Shown here: piece by piece, positions 16,091-24,180 of the stretch | How positions within the stretch are numbered: position 1 is the stretch's first letter | How the letters are laid out: each line of letters starts with the position of its first letter | NCBI RefSeq assembly: GCF_900289195.1 | Contig: NZ_OMOH01000001.1 | Coordinates: forward strand, 414,768 to 446,767 | Reading direction: 5' to 3' | Origin: Propionibacterium ruminifibrarum | Lineage (GTDB): Bacteria > Actinomycetota > Actinomycetes > Propionibacteriales > Propionibacteriaceae | DNA length: 32,000 nucleotides | Program-made: the position numbers and the translations under genes | The notes under the pieces: generated by a model | Seen by the model: only the letters and a program-made list of their open reading frames with translations | What the model was told of the DNA's origin: nothing | The model's database searches: none

Positions 16091-17590
16091 ATGAGCGGAT
16101 CGAACCAGTCCCAGTACAGACCGCGGGTCTCGCGCATGAGCAAGACCGCGATGTTCATCGTGTTCCTCATCGCCGGCGCCCTGGTCGCTGCCGGTATCGT
16201 CGCGCTGCTCACGAGCATCTTCAATCACAAGCAGGAGGGCAGGGAGCAGTTCACCCAGGTGGTCGAGCTCGACGAGACCGTGGTCGACCCGGCCGTGTGG
16301 GGCCAGAACTTCCCCGAGCAGTACGAGTCGTACATGATGACGAGCGACCCCCGCCCCGGGAACTACTTCCCCAGGACACCGACCGCCGATGATCCCCGCG
16401 AGTGGACCACCTACGACAACCTGGCCAACGACGAACGCCTGGTGACCATGTGGGCCGGCTACCCGTTCTCGGTGGACTACACCGAGCCCCGCGGGCACAA
16501 CTGGATGCTCATCGACCAGCGCTACACCAAGCGGACGACGCAGTTCAAGCAGCCCGGCTACTGCCTCAACTGCCACGTCAGCGTGCCGAAGCTGTTCACC
16601 GACCTGGGTAACGGCGACACCGTGGCCGGCTGGGAGAAGATGAACGCCATGACCTATGACGACGCCTACGAGATCGCCAAGGACAACGGCCCGATAGCCT
16701 GCATCGACTGCCACGATCCCGCGACGATGGAGCTGCGTGTCACGCGTCCGGCCTTCATGAGGGGCATCGCCGCCTACAAGGCCTCGCAGGGCGTCTCCGA
16801 CTACGACGTGAACCGCGACGCCTCCACCCAGGAGATGCGCACCTACGTCTGCGCCCAGTGCCACGTCGAGTACTACCGGTCCCCGGAGGACGACAACCTG
16901 ACGTTCCCGTGGAGCAAGGGCCTGACGATCGACGACGCGTACAACTACTACCAGGAGATCGACTTCACGGACTTCACGCACGAGCTCACCGGGGCCTCGA
17001 TCATCAAGGCACAGCACCCCGACTTCGAGACCTGGCAGAACGGCACCCACGGTCAGGCCGGCGTCACCTGCGCCGACTGCCACATGGCGTACCAGAGCGC
17101 CGGCGCGAAGAAGGTCAGCAATCACCACGTGACCTCGCCGATGGACGACGTCAACGGAACGTGCGGCACCTGCCACAAGGTCTCCGACGATGAACTCAAG
17201 GCGCGCGTGGCGACGATCCAGACCCGCTTCTACCAGGCGCGGGACGTCTCCTTCGACGCACTGGTCGCCCTGATCGATGACATCGAGAAGGCCCAGAGCA
17301 ACGGCACGCCCGCCGATCGCGTCGAGGCTGCGCGCAACTACCAGCGCAAGGCGCAGTTCTACATGGACTACGTCGAGTCCGAGAACTCCCACGGCTTCCA
17401 CGCCCCCGAGTACTCGCTCCGCATCCTCAACGACGTGACCGACACGGCACGCCAGGGCCAGCTCGCACTGACCGGCGCCGATGTCCCGAGCACGCCCGAG
17501 CCGGGTCGTGCCAACGACCAGGCCGCCCCGCTGCCCGCGGGCTCGACCCCGATCAACACGTCCGTCCCGACCCCGTCACCGTCGCCATGA
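16091..17590 (+). CDS. nrfA: Pentaheme cytochrome c nitrite reductase (ammonia-forming), CXXCH-type catalytic heme variant, membrane-anchored
   Basis: AGGAGG SD upstream. Five heme motifs are present: CLNCH, CIDCH, CAQCH, CADCH and CGTCH. NrfA hallmarks EPRGH, CAQCHVEYY and KAQHPDFETW are present. There is an N-terminal hydrophobic anchor and a Pro/Ser/Thr-rich C-terminal tail. Confidence 0.9.
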   Translation: MSGSNQSQYRPRVSRMSKTAMFIVFLIAGALVAAGIVALLTSIFNHKQEGREQFTQVVELDETVVDPAVWGQNFPEQYESYMMTSDPRPGNYFPRTPTADDPREWTTYDNLANDERLVTMWAGYPFSVDYTEPRGHNWMLIDQRYTKRTTQFKQPGYCLNCHVSVPKLFTDLGNGDTVAGWEKMNAMTYDDAYEIAKDNGPIACIDCHDPATMELRVTRPAFMRGIAAYKASQGVSDYDVNRDASTQEMRTYVCAQCHVEYYRSPEDDNLTFPWSKGLTIDDAYNYYQEIDFTDFTHELTGASIIKAQHPDFETWQNGTHGQAGVTCADCHMAYQSAGAKKVSNHHVTSPMDDVNGTCGTCHKVSDDELKARVATIQTRFYQARDVSFDALVALIDDIEKAQSNGTPADRVEAARNYQRKAQFYMDYVESENSHGFHAPEYSLRILNDVTDTARQGQLALTGADVPSTPEPGRANDQAAPLPAGSTPINTSVPTPSPSP

Positions 17591-17615
17591 GACGTTGACG
17601 GTCCCGAGAGGGAGT

Positions 17616-17653
17616 GCGGCACCGGTGATGTGCACCGGTGCCGCGCTTTCTGT
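17616..17653 (+). terminator. Intrinsic-terminator/attenuator hairpin after nrfA
   Basis: gcggcaccggtg (17616-17627), loop atgtg, caccggtgccgc (17633-17644), then gctttctgt. Confidence 0.55.
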
Positions 17654-17745
17654 ACCCCGCACATACCCAAAGGTGGATACCGAATGGAGTTCCTGCTCGT
17701 CACACTGGCAGACAGCGAACGATTCGGATCGAAGACGAACCGGAG

Positions 17746-18819
17746 ATGATGATGACGCGGCACTCGAGCCTGGCCCAGGCCAGACACACGCTGCTGAGCT
17801 CGCTGGGGCTCCCGCCCGACGCGAGCGCCGAGGAGTTGGCCGCGAAGAAGGCCGAGTTGAGTTCATCGCTCACGACCGCATCCGAGGGCCGCTCGGAGTG
17901 GCTCACCCAGCAGATCGCCAAAGTCGACGCCGTCATCGCCCTCGATGCCGCCGGGGCTGACGGTGGCGCCGGTGAGCCGACCGGGCGGGCGGGTGACGAG
18001 CCGGACGCCGCCACGGCCTCCCCGGCAGCCGAGGAGGCCGATCCCGATGACCCGGTCGCCCTCGACGAGATCGATGAGGTGGCCGAGGCCCGCCGCGCCG
18101 CCCGCAAGGCCGCCCGGAAGAACACCGTCCACGGCGCCGACGCGGACACCTCGCCGAAGGCCGCGGGTTCGTCAACGGTGAAGAAGACCCGGAACACGTC
18201 CGCCGGCCGTCGCGGCGGCGACACCGCCAGCTGGGTGGCGCGGATCCTCATCGTCGCCATCGTCGTGGCTGTCGTCCTGGCCGTCTACAAGCTCGGGGCC
18301 CCCGCGGACTCGAGTTCGGACGCCTCGGCCTCGGACCTGATGGGCATGGGGGCCACTGCTACGCCGACGCTCGACGAGGCCCAGGTGGCCGAGCTCGAGC
18401 AGCGGGTCAGGGACAACCCCGAGGACACCGACGCCATGGGCCAGCTGGCCTCGCTGTACGCCGCGGTCGGCGACTACGCCAACGCCTCCAAGTGGCAGGC
18501 CCGGCGCGTCGAGTTGATGCCCGACGACGTCGACGCCCAGCTCACCCTCGGCGTCTCCTGCTTCAACAACGGCGACCTGGACTGTGCCAAGGAGCACTGG
18601 GACATCGTCAACGAACTCGACCCGGACCGCGCGGACCTGCACTTCAACCTCGGCTACTACTACCTGTCGATCGACCCGCCCGACATCGAGATGGTGAAGA
18701 AGGAGTGGAACCGGGTCCTCGAACTCGAACCCGACGGCGAGTACGCCCAGATCGTCGAATCGCACATGGGCAGCTTCGACACCATGACCGCATCCCCCAG
18801 CGCCAGCCCGACACCGTGA
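17746..18819 (+). CDS. Membrane-anchored TPR protein (CcmI/NrfG-like), predicted cytoplasmic N-domain, one TM, extracytoplasmic TPR domain
   Basis: Three consecutive ATGs at 17746-17754 follow GGAG. Basic stretch RRAARKAARK...RRGG, then [21 protein letters not shown]. Three TPR-like repeats are readable by eye (TDAMGQLASLYAAVGDYANASKWQARRVELMPDD, VDAQLTLGVSCFNNGDLDCAKEHWDIVNELDPDR, ADLHFNLGYYYLSID...KKEWNRVLELEPDG). Confidence 0.7.
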   Translation: MMMTRHSSLAQARHTLLSSLGLPPDASAEELAAKKAELSSSLTTASEGRSEWLTQQIAKVDAVIALDAAGADGGAGEPTGRAGDEPDAATASPAAEEADPDDPVALDEIDEVAEARRAARKAARKNTVHGADADTSPKAAGSSTVKKTRNTSAGRRGGDTASWVARILIVAIVVAVVLAVYKLGAPADSSSDASASDLMGMGATATPTLDEAQVAELEQRVRDNPEDTDAMGQLASLYAAVGDYANASKWQARRVELMPDDVDAQLTLGVSCFNNGDLDCAKEHWDIVNELDPDRADLHFNLGYYYLSIDPPDIEMVKKEWNRVLELEPDGEYAQIVESHMGSFDTMTASPSASPTP

Positions 18820-18825
18820 CCGCCC

Positions 18826-19527
18826 ATGGAACCGATCACCTTTCCCCTGGCCCTGCTGGCTGGCGTCGTCTCGTTCGCGTCGCCCTGCTTCCTGCCCATC
18901 GTGCCGGTCTACGTCGGATACGTGGCACAGGGGCGTGACGGCGCGGCGGGCTCGCGCCGTCACGCGGTGACAGGGGCGCTGTTCTTCGTCCTGGGCTTCT
19001 CGGCCGTGTTCATGGCGCTGTGGGCGTCGTTCGGCACCCTCAGCGAGCTCCTGGCCGGGCACCGAGCACTCCTGCGCATCATCGGCGGGGCGATCATCAT
19101 CGTGATGGGGCTGTACGTGGCCGGCCTCATCCGGCTGGCACCGCTCGACCAGAACAGCCAGCCGCTGCTGCGCGCACGCCGGTCGTCGCGCCCCGGACTC
19201 GCCTCCTTGCTCATGGGCGTGGGTTTCGGGGCGGGCTGGACCCCCTGCATCGGGCCCGTCCTGGGCGGCATCATCGCGCTGGCCCAGATGAGTTCCTCCG
19301 CCGGGCGCGGCGCCCTCCTCATGGCGGTCTACTGCCTCGGGCTGGGGATCCCGTTCGTCCTGGTGGCGGCCGGGGCCTCGCAGCTGTGCGACAGGCTCGG
19401 CTGGTTCCAGCGCCACCACGTGGCGGTCTCGCGCGTCTGCGGCGCGCTGCTGGTGGTGACGGGTTTCCTGATCATCACGAATCTCTTCGAGCGTCTGGCC
19501 GGCTTTCTTCCGGTGCCGGCCCCCTGA
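18826..19527 (+). CDS. ccdA: Cytochrome c biogenesis thiol-reductant transporter CcdA (DsbD-family membrane protein)
   Basis: Starts MEPITFPLALLAGVVSFASPCFLPIVPVYVGY, and the second conserved Cys lies in GWTPCIGPVLGGI. Multi-pass membrane protein. Confidence 0.9.
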   Translation: MEPITFPLALLAGVVSFASPCFLPIVPVYVGYVAQGRDGAAGSRRHAVTGALFFVLGFSAVFMALWASFGTLSELLAGHRALLRIIGGAIIIVMGLYVAGLIRLAPLDQNSQPLLRARRSSRPGLASLLMGVGFGAGWTPCIGPVLGGIIALAQMSSSAGRGALLMAVYCLGLGIPFVLVAAGASQLCDRLGWFQRHHVAVSRVCGALLVVTGFLIITNLFERLAGFLPVPAP

Positions 19528-19544
19528 GGACGAGGTGGAACACC

Positions 19545-20975
19545 ATGACGACACCAGCCGACGAGTACGACGAGGCCCCGCAGATCGGGGTCGGCGACTT
19601 CTTCGGGGCGATATACCGTTTCTTCTACAACAAGAAGGTCGGCCTGGCACTGATCCTGGCGATGGGCGTCCTGAGCCTGCTCGGCATCCTGATCGAGCAG
19701 GTGAATCCGACGGTGCGCGCCGATCCCGACATGTACGCCGCCTGGCTGGAGCAGGTGCGCTCGACGTACGGCGGCTGGACGAGCGTGCTCGACGCGATCG
19801 GTTTCTTCCACATGTTCGGCTCCCCGCTGTACATCGGGATGCTCACCCTGCTCGCCCTGTCGATCATCGCCTGCACCGTGCACCGGATCCCGGTGCTGTG
19901 GAGGAATGCGGCGCACCCGAAGACGCGCGTGACACCGGGCTTCTACTCGCGGGCCCGGACCCGGTCGCAGGCGGTGAGCCCGCTGAGCACCGGCGAGGCC
20001 CACGACCAGGTGCGCACGATGCTGTCGAAGGCGCACTTCAGGGTGCTGTCCGATCCTGAGCGCCCCGACCAGCTCTACGCCGACCGGTTCCGCTTCGCCC
20101 CCTTCGGCACGGTGTTCGCCCACTCGGCCTTCATCATCATCCTCATCGGCTTCACCCTGACGGGAGCGGCCGGTTTCCAGGACGACGAGGTGACGGTCCC
20201 GCTGGAGAGCCGCGTCGAGGTGGGGCACGACACCGGTCTCGAGGTCGAGCTCATCTCGTTCGAGGACAGCTACTACGACGACGGCAGTCCCAAGGACTAC
20301 GTGAGCGATCTCGCCGTCTACCGGGATGGCCAGCAGGTGGCCCGGCAGATGGTGCGCGTCAACCACCCCCTCAAGGTCGACGGGGTGGCCTTCAACCAGA
20401 GCTACTTCGGTGTCGCCGCCGACGTGACCGTCGCCGACGCCGAGGGCATCGAGATCACCACGCAGGTGGTGCCGCTGCAGTGGAGCACCGATGACGGCCA
20501 GAACGCGTACGGGATGATCAACCTGCCCGAGCAGCACCTCGACGTCTACGTGATGACCGCCGCCTCGGGAGCCACCTCCTCCCAGCTGGCTCCCGGTGAG
20601 GCGCGCATCGAGGTCTACGGCGAGGGGGAGCAGACGCTGCGCGGTTCGGGAACCATCCAGCAGGGCTCCCCGGGCACCGTCGGCGGGTTGAAGTTCACCT
20701 TCAACCGGGAGAAGACCTACACCGGGCTGCTCGTGGCCCACGACCCGGGAGCCGTCTGGGTGTGGGTCGGCTCGGGCCTGCTGCTGGCCGGCATCTGCAT
20801 GACGATGCTCGCCCGCCACCGGCGGGTCTGGGTACGCATCAGCGAGGCGCCGGAGGGCGGCTCGCTCGTGCAGTTCGCCTGCCCGGACCGCCACGACACG
20901 TCGTTCGAGAACCAGCTGAACCGCATGGCCGCGAGCCTTGCGGACAATGCCGAGGAGGACACCGAGAATGCTTGA
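19545..20975 (+). CDS. resB: System II cytochrome c biogenesis protein ResB/Ccs1/CcsB
   Basis: In-frame ATG 19545 with GAGGTGG SD. The N-terminus FFYNKKVGLALILAMGVLSLLGILIEQ is followed by a conserved His in CTVHRIP, a large extracytoplasmic domain and a C-terminal TM. It lies directly upstream of ccsA with an 8-nt overlap. Confidence 0.85.
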   Translation: MTTPADEYDEAPQIGVGDFFGAIYRFFYNKKVGLALILAMGVLSLLGILIEQVNPTVRADPDMYAAWLEQVRSTYGGWTSVLDAIGFFHMFGSPLYIGMLTLLALSIIACTVHRIPVLWRNAAHPKTRVTPGFYSRARTRSQAVSPLSTGEAHDQVRTMLSKAHFRVLSDPERPDQLYADRFRFAPFGTVFAHSAFIIILIGFTLTGAAGFQDDEVTVPLESRVEVGHDTGLEVELISFEDSYYDDGSPKDYVSDLAVYRDGQQVARQMVRVNHPLKVDGVAFNQSYFGVAADVTVADAEGIEITTQVVPLQWSTDDGQNAYGMINLPEQHLDVYVMTAASGATSSQLAPGEARIEVYGEGEQTLRGSGTIQQGSPGTVGGLKFTFNREKTYTGLLVAHDPGAVWVWVGSGLLLAGICMTMLARHRRVWVRISEAPEGGSLVQFACPDRHDTSFENQLNRMAASLADNAEEDTENA

Positions 20976-21819
20976 GATCTCTCGATACTGCCTGGTCGCG
21001 GCCACGATCGCGGTGGCCCTGTCCCTCATCGCGCAGATCGTCGTGTCGACGGCCCGTGCGACCCCTGGGACGAAGCAGACGGGGGATGGGCGCACCGCGC
21101 AGCCCAGGGGCCGGGGCCTGGCCCACTACGCGGCCGTGCTCGACCAGTTCGCGTTCCTGTGCCTCACGGCGTGCCTGGTGCTGCGCACGATCGTCGTGCA
21201 CAGGGCGCCGCTGTCGAACCAGTACGAGTTCGCGGTCTCGTTCGTCTGGGGCATCATGCTGGCGATGGTGATCGTCGAATGGCGCACGAGGCTGCGCGCC
21301 CTGGCCCTGGCGGTGCTGCCGGTGGCCCTGGCACTGAGCCTGTACTCGCTGACCCTCGACGACACGGCCACCGAGCTCATGCCGGCCCTGCAGAACGGCT
21401 TCCTGCTCCCCCTCCACGTGGTCACCGCCTCGCTCGGCTACGGCGCAGCGGCCGTCTCGTTCGGCGCCGCGGTGCTGTACCTGCTCCACGGCCACCTCGG
21501 GCGCGTGCGGCTGCCGAGCAGGGAGCGGCTGGACGAGATCGGGTACCGTTCGATCATCATCGCGTACCCGCTCATCACGCTGATGATCATCCTGGGTGCG
21601 ATCTGGGCCAACGTGGCCTGGGGCCGCTACTGGAGCTGGGATCCGAAGGAGACCTCGGCCCTGGTCACCTGGCTGTTCTACAGCGCCTACCTGCACGCGC
21701 GGGTCGTCGGCAACTGGCGCGGGGCCAGGGCCGCGTGGCTGCTCATCCTCGGGTTCGCAGCGGTGATCTTCACCTTCATGGGGAATCTCTTCTTCGGAGG
21801 TCTGCACTCCTATGCCTGA
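20968..21819 (+). CDS. ccsA: System II cytochrome c synthase subunit CcsA/ResC (heme-handling WWD protein)
   Basis: Trp-rich WWD motif WGRYWSWDPKETSALVTWL, conserved His residues and multiple TM segments. The ATG overlaps the resB stop (ATGCTTGA). Confidence 0.88.
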   Translation: MLEISRYCLVAATIAVALSLIAQIVVSTARATPGTKQTGDGRTAQPRGRGLAHYAAVLDQFAFLCLTACLVLRTIVVHRAPLSNQYEFAVSFVWGIMLAMVIVEWRTRLRALALAVLPVALALSLYSLTLDDTATELMPALQNGFLLPLHVVTASLGYGAAAVSFGAAVLYLLHGHLGRVRLPSRERLDEIGYRSIIIAYPLITLMIILGAIWANVAWGRYWSWDPKETSALVTWLFYSAYLHARVVGNWRGARAAWLLILGFAAVIFTFMGNLFFGGLHSYA

Positions 21820-22462
21820 TCGTCACAACGCGGGTTCGACACCGCCGGTCACGCAGCGGGCCACGGCCGGGGAGTCGGGCTGGGCCCGGTTCCGGCGCAG
21901 TCCCCTGTTCACCCTGCTCGTACTCGTCGTCACGGCCGTCGTCGTGATCGCCGGCGTGTGGCTGGTGAACCACCACGACGAATCCGACGAGGCCGGTATC
22001 ACCAGTGTCCAGGTCAGCGGCGGCGCCGGGAAACTGGTCGAGGTGGGCCAGCAGGCCCCCGATTTCGCGGCGGCGACGATCGACGGGCAGACGGTGACGC
22101 TCAGCGAGTTGCGCGGCCACCCGGTCTGGCTCGTCTTCGAGGCCACGTGGTGCGCTGCCTGCCGCTCGGAGGCGCCTGACATCGAGGAGGCCTACCAGCA
22201 CGGCAGGCGGGCGGGGCTCGAGACCGTCGGGGTGTACCTGTCGGAGGATTCCGACGCGGTACAGCGGTACGTCAACACGCTCGGCCTGACGTACTCCCAG
22301 GTTCCCGACGCCGGTTCGCGGATCGCCGGCTCGTTCGGGGTGATGGGCATTCCCAGTCACGTGTTCATCGATGCCGACGGCGTGGTGCAGGTCGCCCACC
22401 CGGGGGCACTGAGCGCCGGCCAGATGATCTCCGAGGTGAACCGCCTGACCGGGCAGGGCTGA
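21812..22462 (+). CDS. Membrane-anchored thioredoxin-like protein (ResA/TlpA family)
   Basis: N-terminal TM (LFTLLVLVVTAVVVIAGVWLV) and a thioredoxin fold with WCAAC active site (LVFEATWCAACRSEAP). The ATG overlaps the ccsA stop (ATGCCTGA). Confidence 0.85.
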   Translation: MPDRHNAGSTPPVTQRATAGESGWARFRRSPLFTLLVLVVTAVVVIAGVWLVNHHDESDEAGITSVQVSGGAGKLVEVGQQAPDFAAATIDGQTVTLSELRGHPVWLVFEATWCAACRSEAPDIEEAYQHGRRAGLETVGVYLSEDSDAVQRYVNTLGLTYSQVPDAGSRIAGSFGVMGIPSHVFIDADGVVQVAHPGALSAGQMISEVNRLTGQG

Positions 22463-22672
22463 CTGCCGGGGAACCTCACCGCTTCAGCAGAAAGTAAACG
22501 CCCGATCCCGGCTCTGCTCCTCGGACCCGGGAATGCACGCCGCAAACGGGCCGTCGTCCCGTGTGCTGTGACGTCGATTCCTCCCGGGCCGCGCGGGCCC
22601 ACCGGTTCGCACCCCACCGGCCGGACATCTGCCCGGAGGCGCCCGAGCGAGGGCCCGGGGCATGGCCGTCGT

Positions 22673-23053
22673 TCAGCGCGCCCCGGCCCGCAGCGCCTGA
22701 CCGACGAGCGCGACGGAGTGGGACGCCTCGATCAGCCGCGTCTCCTCACGGCGAAGCACCGTCACGGCGTCATCCAGGATTCCCGGGCCGGCGTTCTGCT
22801 CAGGGTCCGCTTGCGTCTGCGCCAGTGCCCTGCGCGTCGCCCTCAGCTGATTGTCGACGTGGTCGGCAGCGAGACGGGCCAGGAGGAGCGGTCTGCGCCG
22901 CAGCTGCGGGTGGGCCATGAACTCGGGCGGGCAGTGGTCGAGCAGGAAGGCCACGGCGTCGCGGCGCATCCGCGCCGAACCCGGTGCGGCCACGCGGGCG
23001 GGCCAGTCGGCCGGGGCCGGGACGCCGGCCGCATGATCGGGAACACCACTCAT
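22673..23053 (-). CDS. Hypothetical protein (126 aa, helical-looking, no recognisable motif)
   Basis: This is the most protein-like of three overlapping ORFs; the opposite-strand ORF is Arg/Pro/Gly junk. GAGGACGG SD-like sequence upstream. It sits 158 nt downstream of the kinase gene on the same strand. Confidence 0.5.
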   Translation of the reverse strand: MSGVPDHAAGVPAPADWPARVAAPGSARMRRDAVAFLLDHCPPEFMAHPQLRRRPLLLARLAADHVDNQLRATRRALAQTQADPEQNAGPGILDDAVTVLRREETRLIEASHSVALVGQALRAGAR

Positions 23054-23211
23054 CTCGCACCGTCCTCATCCACTGCATGAATCGAACTGTTGTTCACTCA
23101 CCAGTGTGGACGCCGCCACTGACAGATTCACCGTGCCGAGCTTTCCCGTTCCACGAGCCCTGGGCCATCCCTCGGCACGACGGGACCGGCGCGCATCGGC
23201 CCCGCCGGGCC

Positions 23212-24180
23212 TCAGCCCGCGGCGGGCAGTGTCATGGTGATGCTCGTGCCCACGCCCAGCCGTGAGCTGAGCGAGCAGCTGCCGCCGTGGCGGGAGGCGA
23301 TCGTCGCGACGAGGGCCAGGCCCAGGCCGTGACCGGGCAGCCCGCGCGCATTGCTGGCCCGGCCCAGCTCGCTCCACACCTGGTCGATCTCCTCGGCGGG
23401 AATACCGATCCCGGTGTCCGCGACCTCAAGGGTGACGGCTCCCCCGTTCTGGGATCCGCGCACCTCGATGAGGGCTTCCGGGCCGGTGTACTTCGCGGCG
23501 TTGGAGACCATGTTGTAGATCGCCGAGTAGAGCAGGTCGGCGTCGCCGAGGACGGTGGGTAGCGGCCATGGCGCCCCGGGGAAGCTGACGGAGAAGGCGC
23601 GCCGCTGCCCCGCCACGGCCAGTTCCTGCTCGACGGCGTCCACCGCGTCGTGGGTGGCCTCGACGAGGTCGACCTGCTCCATCTCGAGGGGGGCGACCTC
23701 GATCTCGGCGAGCTTGCGCAGGTCCTTGAGCAGCCGGCCCATCCGCTGGGACTGGGCGTCGATGATGGCCCGGCTCTCGTCGTCCTCGATGCTGTTGGCC
23801 GCGGCGCGCACGGCCGTCAGGGGATTCTTCAGCTCGTGGTCGAGGCGCCCCAGGAACTGGCGGTACGCCTGGCGATTGGACTCCTCGGCGTTCTGACGGG
23901 CCCGTTCGATGCGCGACGCCGTGCCGGTGCGCAAGAGCTGGACGCCGAGCAGGACGGCGCTGGTCGCCACCCCGACACCGAACAGCACACCCGGCAGTTC
24001 GGCGGACAGCACCAGTGAACGCCGCTCCCCCGCCAGCCACCAGGCGAGCGAGGCCAGGGCCGCGACGGCGGCGGGCAACAAGGGCAGCAGGAGCAGCCGG
24101 CGCCGCCACGGTGTGGAGGCGGGCTCCTTGTCGGCGCCGGCACGCTGCAGGTCGGCACCGGTACGCGGGACGGTGGTCAT
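23212..24180 (-). CDS. Intramembrane-sensing-type histidine kinase (two TM segments, ~12-aa outer loop, no HAMP or input domain)
   Basis: ATG 24180 overlaps the regulator stop (ATGA). TM1 LLLLPLLPAAVAALASLAWWLA, short loop GERRSLVLSAE, TM2 LPGVLFGVGVATSAVLLGVQLL. The H-box LGRLDHELKNPLTAV follows directly. N and G boxes NMVSNAAKYT, DTGIGI, GHGLGLALV. Confidence 0.85.
   Translation of the reverse strand: MTTVPRTGADLQRAGADKEPASTPWRRRLLLLPLLPAAVAALASLAWWLAGERRSLVLSAELPGVLFGVGVATSAVLLGVQLLRTGTASRIERARQNAEESNRQAYRQFLGRLDHELKNPLTAVRAAANSIEDDESRAIIDAQSQRMGRLLKDLRKLAEIEVAPLEMEQVDLVEATHDAVDAVEQELAVAGQRRAFSVSFPGAPWPLPTVLGDADLLYSAIYNMVSNAAKYTGPEALIEVRGSQNGGAVTLEVADTGIGIPAEEIDQVWSELGRASNARGLPGHGLGLALVATIASRHGGSCSLSSRLGVGTSITMTLPAAG

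Noticed and set aside
22463-22672. Looked for a terminator or small gene in the 210-bp convergent gap after the thioredoxin-like gene, and in 23054-23211.
   Set aside because: Only weak or imperfect GC-rich stems and no ORF with coding character. Nothing supportable.
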